Positions 25,127 through 36,911 of a stretch of DNA of 64,000 bases are shown here, in pieces. The first letter of the stretch is position 1. The number at the start of each line of letters is the position of its first letter. The notes under the pieces were generated by a model. The model was not told the DNA's origin. It searched no databases and worked only from the letters and a program-made list of their open reading frames with translations. The position numbers and the translations under genes are program-made. The stretch comes from Macrostomum hystrix (lineage: Eukaryota; Animalia; Platyhelminthes): positions 6,696,001-6,760,000 of the forward strand of contig CATNEN010000029.1 of the NCBI GenBank assembly GCA_950097015.1, written 5' to 3'.

Positions 25127-26364
25127 CCACTTTCTAGATCATTTTTTGTAACTAAATGTGAACTCACACACCAATTTCTACATTAATTTGACTGCTTTCA
25201 TTGGTTTCATTCATAGAAAATGTCTAGTTCAAAGAACTTTAAAACGACCAGAAAACGCCTATCTTGCCGAAATCCTTTCAATTTCGTTCTGAAATTTTCT
25301 CTTTCTGAAGTTTTACATTAGAACTACCTGAGGGGAAATCCCCCCTGACTGTTTTTGGTGCTGCACCCGAATGGAGCAACGCAAGCAATCTCAAGAACAC
25401 GGGCCAACTTTTTGTTGCGCATCTTCTGAAACAAGAATCAACTCACCAGCGTTTGGATCATCGAGATATTCAATGGTTCTGGCCGAAGGTCAGATTTTCC
25501 CATAAGCGCTAGTGTATTTCATACACCCCTATACACCTCAGTGCAGCCTTACCAGGCTTTTAAAATTTATCAGCATGTCACCCGAATGTGCCTGGATCAT
25601 CTCCGTCTTCAGGTGGTCTACCTACCCTTATCTAGACGGACTACTGGACCTTCAAGGGCTACAACAGGTGGAACTAGGCCGATATGGACACCCTGACGAG
25701 AATTTCTTCAATTTCACACTAATCAAGCCTAAATATTAGGCGCAGCTCAACCACAGGACACCATCTGCCCAGTCTGTCAACCAATCAGTCACCAGCCAAC
25801 GCTGTTGGCATTCGGGCGCTGCCAAAAAAAGTTTTCAGGGGGGTAATTTCCACCTTGGTATGAAAACCTCCCTGATGTGTCACACGTCCTTAAGAAGGTC
25901 GACTGTTGTTTTTCAATGAGTACTATAACAGTTTGTCTCTTGTTTTTAGCACAGAATTGTCAAATTTTATAGTACAAAAAGGGTAATAATATACAGTAGT
26001 TAAAATAAGGGTAAGTAGGCCTCGTAGTTTTTCGTACGCACATGCGTTATTCGCGCCGCTAGTAGTTAAAATTTTCGTTGTCTTGTACTCGCATATGGTA
26101 ATTTCAAAGAGAGAAAATGCTGATTGACTGCATTGTATAACCTAAGCGCTACAGCAACAACGATTCATCTTTTTGTTTTACTTCGTTGCATTTTTCGCTT
26201 CATATTGTTTCATGGACTATCCATAACTTCCTGCATCGCTATTTTAACTCCCGGTTTGTTTAAGTCCATTATTCGAAGTCGAGATTATTTGTCGAGATTA
26301 TATCCCAATTTTCTGGTTCCACCCCCATTTCGAGTTTGCATCCCGAAGTTAGATCCCAATTCCG

Positions 26365-26765
26365 AGGTAAGATCCCAACCCCGAAGTTAGATCCCAATCC
26401 CTAGGTTGGATCCCAATCCCTAGGTTGGATCCCAATCCCTATGTTGGATCCCAATCCCTAGGTTGGATCCCAATCCCTAGGTTGGATCCCAATCCCTATG
26501 TTGGATCCCAATCCCTATGTTAGATCTCAATCCCGAGGTAGGATCCCGATTCCGAGGTTGGATCTCAATCCCGAAGTTAGATCCCAATTCCGAGGTTAGA
26601 TCCCAATCCCGAATTAAAATCTCAATGCCTAGGTTGGATCCCAATCCTTAGGTTGGATCCCAATCCTTATGTTAGATCTCAATCCCGGGGGTAAGATCCC
26701 GATTCCGTGGTTAGATCCCAATCCCGAAGTTAGATCCCCATTCCGAGGTAACATCCCAATCCATT
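26365..26765. repeat. 19-bp quasi-palindromic minisatellite upstream of the nuclear receptor
   Basis: (GGATCCCAATCCCTAGGTT)n with degenerate edges. Confidence 0.85.
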
Positions 26766-26928
26766 TTGCAGGTTTAATTCCAATTCATTCTGTTTAAGCT
26801 TGAAATCCATAAATCTTGATTTTTGATTGAGCCGAGAAAGAAAAACATCACGATTTGTGACGAGACCTTGTTAAAACTTATTTACAGCAGAATACTGACA
26901 AGCTCGCATTCAGCAACAGAAGATAAAA

Positions 26929-27819
26929 ATGATGCTGAAGCCAGAATCATCGCCAACTAATTCGGCCAGCTCAGTGACTGATGCGGTGTCAGCGGCTGCT
27001 GTGGCAGTCATAAATGGCAAGCCGGAGCCTCCAGAGTCCGAGGAGGACGAAGATTACTCCGGCGCCGATGCGTCGGCCACCTCTGGCGTCGGACTGCAGC
27101 ATGTGAATCTGGCGCAGTCTGCAGGCGTCGGCGGCGGCCGTCGCAAGGACACAAAGGTTTGCCGCGTCTGCGGTGACAAAGCGTTGGGCTTCAATTTCGA
27201 TGCCATCAGCTGCGAGAGCTGCAAGGCCTTCTTCCGGAGAAATGCGCTCAAAGCCGATGTGAGTAGTCGCTGAGTTAAGGGACTGCGCCGCGGCGAGTGT
27301 ACTTTATATTGTTGTGTACTAAATTCACCCGACTCACACAGGTGCCAGCGTGCATGTTCACTAAAGAGTGCTCAGTCACCGTGGCTACTAGACGATTTTG
27401 CACCTATTGCCGACTGCAGAAATGCTTACAGGTTGGCATGCGACCAGAATTAGTGAACGGTGAGTCTTGCGTTGCTGTCAGGAGAAAATTCTTAGTTCTG
27501 GTGCTCTACTGTCTACTTGTTAGTAGAAATAGAAAATTGTCAAAACAACACTTTCTGCAGCCGACGAAGTTCGAGGCAAGAAGGTTCGCCGCGAGGTGCC
27601 CACACCGCAGCAGCCGCAGCAGCAGTCTCAGCCAAAACTGCTGCCGATGCAGATGCAGTCGCAGCCTGTACAATTGCCAGCACACCAGCAACAGCAACAG
27701 CAACAGCAGCAGCAGATTCGACTCCCAACAGTTGTAGACGAAGCGACTGGATTATCAACGGCGTCTTCAGCTCCGTCATCGTCGCAGACATCTCAGACTT
27801 CGGCTGCTAGCTCCACTCC

Positions 27820-27851
<32 letters not shown>

Positions 27852-28922
27852 TGGTGTTGAACCCCACGCTGCACGCCACAGGTGGCAGCCGCTCCCTCAC
27901 GCACGAGCAATGGCTTGCCGTATCCGACCTGTACCAGGCCTACGAGCTGTCCTTCTCTGACACCTCCGAGGACGCCAGCCCTGCTGGGTGTCGCAACCTG
28001 AACACTCTGGTCAATTCCTCCTGCTTCATAGTCAAGAAGCTCATCCTGTTCGCCAAGAAGCTTCCGGATTTCATTGGCCTCAGCCAGTCCTGCCAGATTG
28101 CTCTGCTGAAGGGCGCTGTCATTGGCACGCTGTTCCTGCGCTCCGCTGTTCATTACGATCGAGAGCGCGACGTCTGGGTGACGCCGAAGGGCGACGTGCC
28201 GACGGCCATCTTAAAAGACATCCCCGGATTTGCCGAGCTCCACGACGATCATCTGAAATTTTGTCGCCTATTCAAAGATCTTCTACGAGATCCGTTCCTG
28301 GTACCGCTGGTGCAGGTGCTGGCCCTGTTCACGCCAGATAGACCGAATGTGGCCGACCGCAGCGCTGTGGCCGACGTGCAGGACAGGTGAGACCGATTGA
28401 GATGCAGGGGTGACTGCTCACGACTGTCTTACTCAGAAACCACCAGCTAACGAATTTCCTGCTTACTAATTCCCTACTCACAGATTCCCTACTCACGGCC
28501 TCCCTACTCACAGACTCCCTACTCACAGACTCCCTACTCACGGCCTCCCTACTCACAGACTCCCTACTCACAGACTCCCTACTCACGAATTCCCTACTCA
28601 CGAATTCCCTACATACTTACATTTACATCGCAGGTACATCTGTCTGCTGAAGCACTACCTGGAGGGCCGCTGCGGCTTCACCGAAGCCCGCCGGCTGCTG
28701 CCGCGAATCCTATCCGCCATGGAGGAACTTCACGATCTGGCCGGTGGTCACGGCCGCCTCCTGCTGCACGTGAATCCCAACGAGGTTGATCCTCTGCTCC
28801 TGGAGGTGTTCGACATTGCTGCGGCTGCTGCAGCCGCCCCATCGGCGGCAACTACGGCCGCGGCTCCGCCTGTGGTTGGCGGAGTGCCTATGTGCGTCTA
28901 TCAACGACGACCCGCTGTTTAA
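26929..28922 (+). CDS. HR96: Nuclear receptor of the HR96/DAF-12 (NR1J) group, 520 aa
   Basis: Exons 26929-27258, 27342-27459, 27561-28386, 28634-28922 (1563 nt, phases match). DBD CRVCGDKALGFNFDAISCESCKAFFRRNA with ESCKA P-box; LBD FAKKLPDFxxLxxxxQIALLK; AF-2 DPLLLEVFD. Confidence 0.9.
28470..28612. repeat. 15-bp minisatellite (TCCCTACTCACAGAC) in HR96 intron 3
   Basis: About 9 tandem units. Confidence 0.9.
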
Positions 28923-29415
28923 TCTGCGCGCCCTAGAAATCCTTCTATCTAAAAAGCCAGTCAAGGCCATAGAATGCACTGCTTTAAGTGTATTGAGCAT
29001 CTATTCATTACAATGTGCTAAAATTCAGAGACCTAAAAGAAATCTGACGGCCTACTGGAGCGTATCAAACAGGACTCGTAATACATGTTTTCAAGCTTAA
29101 ACTAAAACTCCCCACTGTTGTGTATCACACCCTGTCTCTAAATCTTTCAGTATTTCCAGATCCTTATCATCGTAATCCTTTGTTCTGTATATTTTATTAT
29201 TGTTTTCTAGCTTATTTTATACCATTTTTCATTTCTTCTATTGTTATTTGTTTTCTATTACTTTTAAACTAACTTATTAATTAAAAAATTGCTTTTTTAA
29301 TTTTGAAGATTTCGATTCGATCTCGATTCTTCCGCTAAAGGTCGCGTGCTGGACTCCTCCCTAAGCCGGTACTCATAATGAATTAGTAACTAACAGGTTT
29401 AGGCTAAGTAATAAA

Positions 29416-29694
29416 TAATTTATAATAATAATAACTATTGATTACACCCGGCCCAACTGGGCCTGATGTGCAGCCGACAGCACAGCCGCAGCTATTGCGC
29501 GGTGCATCTGAAGGCTGCGTACAGCTGTTCAGTCCATGGACTGGGGCACCTTCAATTATCCCAGCCAATGCTGTTACCCATTTAACAGCTGGGTGAGCTG
29601 AAGCAATGCAGAGTTAAGTGGAGTCGGGAATCGAACCCCCGACCTGCAAGTCGTGTGTCCGACGCCCTAACCACTAGGCTAAGTAATAACCTCT
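29416..29694 (-). mobile_element. Full-length tRNA-derived CORE-like SINE with target-site duplication
   Basis: Reverse complement matches the copy at 11351 (head, central domain, 3' body); (TTA)n tail; 10-bp TSD AAGTAATAAA at 29406-29415 and 29695-29704. Confidence 0.88.
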
Positions 29695-32420
29695 AAGTAA
29701 TAAAACTTCCAATCGAACCCGATGCTGTCTGCTTGGATAGTTGTTCTTTGGGATGATTTCCAGTAGTGGTAAATTTGTTCTGTTGCTTTAGATGAGCAAT
29801 TTTTGCCGTTTCTGCGCTTTTACAGTGCAGAAATCTTTCTGTAGAATTTATGTCTTAATCTGGTTTGATTTTATCTATTTCTTGCTAGTCTTTATAGTCG
29901 TCTTTATTTCTATGTGAATTAGAGATTGCTTAAGTAATTTCTCTGTCCAATTCCTGATCGTCTGAAAAAAGTATGGCCCCAATCTAGTATTCTCCTAGAT
30001 CCCCAGACTACCCATGAGCACTATTTTAGAATATTCTCAAATTTAAAGCAACTACTAGCCCGCTGCCGCTATCTCCCGAGGTTTTTTTCGGTTTGTTTTG
30101 CTAGTAGTTTTTTGCAGTGCTTTTTGAGCTTTTAATTTACCTTTTAAATATGATAATGTACTGTTATTACGTTGGCTTCTGTTTGTTCGACTTTTTTATC
30201 TCTCTGCCTTATTTTGTTCCGCAAATTAGAAGCTTGTATATTTATTCGACGCCTGTAATTCTGAGCAGTAATTGTTTGTGAATGAGGAATTTCATTTGAT
30301 TTTCATATACGCTGTAGCTAGTCGATGCTCCTGAGACTGATTGTCACGTCAAATATACATTTACATTAAAAATATGATCTTTACTCGATGGATCATCAAT
30401 TGTAAATAAGATTCGATGAGTAAATTACTTAATTGTTGTATTACAAGAATGTGCTCGAATGAAAGATGTCCTACCTTTATTTACTGCTTTTTTCGGTGTT
30501 CTTATTTTATTCTTAGCTAATATTTCAGAAACGTAAATGTTGGGCTAGTTTAACAAGTATAAGACGGCAGTGAAACCTGTTCAATGTTTAAATATTTGTA
30601 TTTAGAATGCAACGTTGACTGTGTACAAGTCAAGTATTACATTAAATTTTCTGTATCTGCGTCAGGACATCACAGCTGAAATGAATGATCGATAAACTAT
30701 TCGTAACCCTATTTTCGTGACTGAATTAATAGTGCACATCGATTATAGTCAAATCTTATAAGGCAGTCTAAGTAAAGTACGGAAAGTGGAAGCGCATAAA
30801 ACGATTGTCCTTAAAATACATCCAAAATCCTGGGATGTTAGACGTGTGAAGTACGTATATGTATATTTCCAGGTGTAAAATCGAATCTATCTCTTTGTAT
30901 ATTGAAATTATGCCATCCTTATTAATGCTTATGCATTGACAAACAAATTGTTTGATCAAACACTTTAAAAATCCGAAACAAATGAGTTTTATATCAGATT
31001 ATGAAGTTTCAATTTAAATAATTAACAAATCAAATTAAATAAATTAGACTCGAACATAATACCAAGGACCACTAGAAGAAGAAGAAGAAGGACCACTAGT
31101 GGTCTTCTTCTAGTGGTCCTTGCATAATACTCGTACATAAACTGTTATAAAAAACTTAATTTTTTAAGCATTTTTTAAGCACTAATTTTTTAATCTAATA
31201 ATCTCTTTTGGCATTAAACGAGCAGATTGAGAAAAAAATTGTACTTCTCTAGCTAAAATAGTTTAACTTCATGACAGTCAGCACAAATTTAAATATTAGC
31301 GTTCAGTGCGTGGTGGATAACATTTTAAAATACAAGTAACAATTTCACTTCAATACTTAGACTAATGCCTGTTTATCTATTAGCTGTTAGTAAAATAAAT
31401 GTATAGGCCTAATTTTCTACTGTTTAAGCACTTCTTCAAATCTTTTCTTGAGAAAAAGTCTTTAGTAACTATAATACAATTCTCACTAGGCCTACACAAC
31501 TCAGGTGCCACAGGGTCACTCACAGCGGACTCACAGTATCACTGGCTAAAGAAATTACTGAAATCAATTTGTTTGGCATTCGCACGGCTGGGATATATAT
31601 GTAAAATGTGGTGAATAAGGTGGGTATTTCACCGATCTGCCATGCGGATAAGGTGGGTATTATTGGCACGGATCCATGTGTATAAAGTCGGCACTATACC
31701 CACTATTCACACGGGACCATGTCAGTAAGCACCGCCTGTTTTGAAACAGCTTGATTTTGAAATAAAAGCGATATAAGACTTCAAAAGTTAGCTTTTTGAA
31801 GTTAAAGACCATAGGCTAACTATAACTAGATCACAAGATCAGATCATTTGATACTGAAGTGGCTGTAACCTAAGTGGACTGTTACCTTGAAAAGACCAAT
31901 ATATTATAAGTTTTTTCTAATCTGGCCATAGGCCTACACATGGAAATTCATAATGTGGTAAATCTTACAATTGAAAAAACTTTTTTGTTCAGGTTCTATC
32001 TCAGAACAATATTAGCATCAGTAGGCCTATCTATAAGCATGTTTTTGGTATGGCCTAGTACTAGTGCTAGTACTAGTGTTTCTGTTCAATTTGGCTATAT
32101 CTATATCCCTTGTCAAAAGGATACAGTCAAAGCATTTTTAGAGTTAATTTTTTTGGAGCATATATATATATGTACTGTCAAGTTCTGGGCATAGTTCTAG
32201 TTTACTTTGTTATATTATTTCATAATTCTACTTTACTTCGTTATATTAATTTCATGTATTTTCTTACTCTTACCACAACCTTTTCAGCCATTATGGTTGC
32301 CCAGCTGCACCAACAGCTATTTGCCCTGCAAATGAAATTGTTAACGTTGCCGAGCTGTTTAACTATACTAAACTAGTAAAAGAAACTTTGGAATTCGGAA
32401 GATGGTGGAAGCTAGTTGGG

Positions 32421-32605
32421 ATGACTTCACCTACCATGAAGTGGCTTGCAAAGTATCACCTGATTTCCAACGAGACGAGATGCACTCGATGTGAAATAGA
32501 CATGCGTCTGCAATGTAGACAGGGAAGCATAGTTCCTTGATGGCTATACCTGGGCTTGCTACTAATGTCAGGCGTAGCACTTCCATCATTATCCGAATAA
32601 AATAA
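32421..32605 (+). pseudogene. Relic of a Merlin/IS1595-like transposase N-terminal zinc ribbon
   Basis: KWLAKYHLISNETRCTRCEIDMRL followed, after frameshifts, by DGYTWAC and RRSTSI; matches the CxxC..MxL..DGxxWxC..SIR pattern as recalled, no search run. Confidence 0.5.
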
Positions 32606-34355
32606 AATAGGGTAAAATAATTTAACAAAAGGCGGAATAATATAACAAAGTAAACTAGAACTATGCCAAGTTCTGATATATATTGTAAATTTGTCTGTCA
32701 TTATGATGATTACCAGATTATATAAAGAGTATATATCATTCATAGAGGACTAGTTTCATAATCATAAGTTAAATTCTAATTTATTTTATAACAAAAGTTT
32801 AATAAAAAAAACAACCAATAAACAACAACCAACAAGCTACTTAGATGTCATAGTACTAGGCTTAGATAGTGGAGTAATGTGCGACCCAGAAAAGACTGTT
32901 GCCTAAGGTAATAAGCCAAAGCAAGCTAACAAGGAAACTATTTTCTTTCTAGTGACATTTCACCTCTCTTTTCACTCTTTCTTTTTGGTTTTGGCCATGG
33001 CCATTCACTGCCATATCATTTGAAATGCCTAATTCAAATTCAAAGTAAAGTAAAAATTATATTTTATAAAATAATTAAAGATACAAAACTAGAGGACTTC
33101 CTATATAATTATAATTTCCTTTGGTATTAAGTTTTAAAAAGTTGTTTGGTAATATCATTGCTATATATATGAGCTATATACCAAATCAATAGTGAAAATT
33201 TTCACTTGTCAAGAAATAAAAAGCCATACTCAAGTAAGGATTTTTCACGAATTGTCAATTGTCTATATTTGTATATTCTTTAATTAATTTAATCAAGCAG
33301 ATACACTTAAATCTTATTGAATAAAACATTGCAAATTTATGTGTTATTAAATTTTTTCTAGATTATTTAAACATTTCTATTATTTAATTTTCTATTATCT
33401 ATTATTATCTATTTTCTATTATTATTTTCTTTTATTTATTTAAACATTTCTTTAGACATGTGTCTAAAGACACTCTTTGAGTCTTTGAGTCCAAGGACTA
33501 AGATAACCTAGTTTTTTGTAACTATAGTATGCTGTTTTGTATAATGCATAGCTTTTACTAATTGTATTTTCATAACTGTAGTATGATAGTTTAACTTAAT
33601 TTAAGATAGCTAAAATATTTTTGCCTTTATAATATTTTGGTTTTATAACATTTAAATATTGTGATATTTCTGCACCATGTTATTTTTGCCTTTTGGACTT
33701 ATGAAATTTAGATATCTTGTGAAATTTCAGGCTTGTAAAGAATAGAAATACTTAAGCTTTTGATTTAATAAAATTGTGAACTTTTAGGTTTTGTTTTGAT
33801 ATTTGGCTTTTTAAAACTTCATCAGAGAGAAATTTTGGTTTCCAAGTTCCATAGCTTTGGCATTGAACATTTTTTGTTTGTGAAAGTGCCCTTTGTTTTT
33901 GTATAACTTTTTCTTTATTTTCACAATGTAGAAGTGAAAACCAGGAAAATAATAACTTGGATGGATTGTATAAACTTCTTGAACTATAGACATTTTATGA
34001 AGTAGATATTCATGAATACCTGAGAAGTAAGTATGCAACTTAGACTTCATTTTCTAGCTTACTTATGTGTATCAAGTTGAGTATTTACTTATACAACCAT
34101 TTCAAATAGGTGCAAAAATTATGAATGTTTTTTGTTTATTTTTAAACCTGAAATTCCATCTTTATGATTGCACTAACTTTTCAGCTATAAGGCATCCTGC
34201 AATTTACAGTCAGCTTTCAAACTTTCTTCTTGTTTCTTAGCTGAAGTATTCTTTATTTGACAAAGCAATTAGACTGCTACGTGTTACTGAAACTCGTAAA
34301 TTTCATTGGAAGACAGAGTAAGAGAAAAGGTTAATCAGTAATTCTAACAGGCATC

Positions 34356-36911
34356 ATGGCAACATCTGCGCCAGCCAATGGAGATTCCTCCAGTTCCGAC
34401 AGGAATGTGGAGATGTGGAAAATTAAGAAGCTTATCAAATCGCTAGAAGCCGCCAGGGGCAACGGCACTAGCATGATCTCTTTGATCATACCGCCGAAGG
34501 ATCAGATCAATCGCGTGTCCAAGATGTTAGCCGACGAATATGGTACAGCTTCCAACATCAAGTCGCGAGTTAATCGCCTTTCTGTGCTGTCTGCCATCTC
34601 GTCTGTGCAGCAGCGTCTAAAGCTCTACAGCAAGGTGCCAACTAACGGCCTGGTTGTGTACTGTGGTACCATTGTCACAGAGGAAGGCAAGGAAAAGAAG
34701 GTAAAGCTAAAGCATTGACAATCCCGACCCATATCTAGTTTTTATAACTCTTAATAACTTGCCTTCGCAGGTGAACATCGATTTCGAGCCATTCCGGCCA
34801 ATCAACACCTCGCTGTACCTGTGCGACAACAAGTTTCACACTGAGGCTCTAACTGCCCTGCTGACTGATGACAGCCGCTTCGGGTTCATTGTGATGGACG
34901 GCAACGGAGCCCTATTTGGCACGCTGTCTGGTAACACGCGTGACGTGCTTCACAAGTTTACCGTTGACCTGCCTAAGAAGCACGGCCGCGGTGGCCAATC
35001 AGCGCTGCGTTTTGCTCGACTGCGTCAGGAGAAGCGGCACAACTATGTGCGCAAAGTGGCCGAGACCGCAGTCCAGATGTTCATCACCAACGATCGCGTC
35101 AACTGCGAGGGCCTCGTGCTGGCCGGCTCTGCTGACTTCAAGACCGAGCTGAGCCAGTCGGACATGTTTGACCAGCGTCTGCAAGCTAAAGTTCGTCGAG
35201 TTTGTCTGCATTGCTAGTTACATTCATCATAAAATCCATAGTGATTCTCACTTTTACATATGAACATTATGTATCTTGGAATAGGCCCTTTAACGTGCTA
35301 ATCCTGGCAGTTTATCCTAAACACTCAGTCTGTTAATCCTGGCAGTTTATCCTAAACACTCAGCCTGTTAATGTTGGCAGTTGATCCAGATCCCTCAATA
35401 TTCCATCACCGATCTAAATTTTTGCTTTGCAATCCCCAATTGTGAATTTTATAATAACTAAGGACTTTCGCATCTCTAATCAAAATGCTCATCATGCTTC
35501 TGAATCCCTGTCAGGTGCTGAAAGTTGTTGACATCTCCTACGGCGGCGAGAACGGCTTCAATCAGGCCATCGAACTGTCTGCCGACTCGCTGGCCAATGT
35601 GAAATTCATCCAAGAGAAGAAGCTAATCCAGCGCTACTTTGACGAGATTAGCCAGAACACCAGCAAGTACTGCTTCGGTGTTACCGACACCCTGCACGCG
35701 CTCGAGTCTGGCGCCGTTGAGACCCTAATCGTCTGGGAGAATCTCGACGTCACCCGTTATCTATTACGCAACCACACTGCTGACGTGGAGACCGTGCTGC
35801 ACCTGCGACCAGAGCAGGAGAAGGATAAGTCGCACTTCATCGAGAAGGAGACTGGCGTCGAGCTGGAACTTGTTGACTCCAAGCTGCTGCTGGAGTGGCT
35901 AACTGAGACCTACAAGACCTTCGGCGCCTGCATGGAGATCGTCACGGATCGCAGTCAGGAGGGCGCCCAGTTTGTCAAAGGATTCGGCGGTATTGGCGGC
36001 ATTCTGCGCTACCAGCTGGACTTCCAGGTCTGGGAGATTTGTTGGCACCTTTTGGAATTATCCTTTTAATGACTCAGGTTTCTCACTAATAAGTTGTTCC
36101 ACATGACCCTAAATTTGCTCGTATTGAGCCATACCTTTAGGTTGCTCCTCATAATCACCTTGACCTTCGGGTTGCTCCTCATAATCACCTTGACCTTCGG
36201 GTTGCTCCTCATAATCACCTTGACCTTCGGGTTGCTCCTCATAATCACCTTGACCTTCAGGTTGCTCCTCATAATCACCTTGACCTTCGGGTTGCTCCTC
36301 ATAATCACCTTGACCTTCGGGTTTCTCCTCATAATCACCTTGACCTTCAGGTTGCTCCTCATAATCACCTTGACCTTCGGGTTGCTCCTCATAATCACCT
36401 TGACCTTCAGGTTGCTCCTCATAATCACCTTGACCTTCAGGTTGCTCCTCATAATCACCTTGACCTTCGGGTTGCTCCTCATAATCACCTTTTTGACCTT
36501 CAGGTTGCTCCTCATAATCACCTTGACCTTCAGGTTGCTCCTCATAATCACCTTGACCTTCGGGTTGCTCCTCATAATCACCTTTTTGACCTTCAGGTTG
36601 CTCCTCATAATCACCTTGACCTTCGGGTTGCTCATCATAATCACCTTGACCTTCAGGTTGCTCCTCATAATCACCTTGACCTTCGGGTTGCTCCTCATAA
36701 TCACCATGACCTTCAGGTTGCTCCTCATTATCCTCGGGTTGCTTCCCATTGTCCTGAGGTAGTTCCTGATGACTATCAACCTGCTCCACTCACTGTGTTC
36801 CTCACGATCCTCAAAACGCTCCCCGTGTTAATCCATTGAATCCAGGAGCTGGAAATGGCGCTAGCCCAGAACGGCGACATGTACGAAAACTTCGATCTGG
36901 ACGACTACTAG
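34356..36911 (+). CDS. ETF1: Eukaryotic peptide chain release factor 1, 447 aa
   Basis: Exons 34356-34700, 34771-35190, 35515-36027, 36846-36911 (1344 nt, all phase 0). GTS, TASNIKS, YLCDNKF and GGQ motifs intact; C-terminus FDLDDY; TAG at 36909-36911. Confidence 0.97.
36130..36735. repeat. 30-bp minisatellite in eRF1 intron 3 (GTTGCTCCTCATAATCACCTTGACCTTCGG)
   Basis: About 20 units; two carry a 3-nt insertion. Confidence 0.95.

Noticed and set aside
25330-25740. Possible decayed LINE reverse-transcriptase tail (AAPEWS...)
   Set aside because: Similarity too weak to support without a search
34356-36911. Stop-codon reassignment as an explanation for the in-frame TAAs in or near USP30 and ZDHHC12
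   Set aside because: eRF1 GTS, NIKS and YxCxxxF motifs are canonical; TAA, TAG and TGA all terminate genes here; and reading through TAA would not restore the USP30 frame
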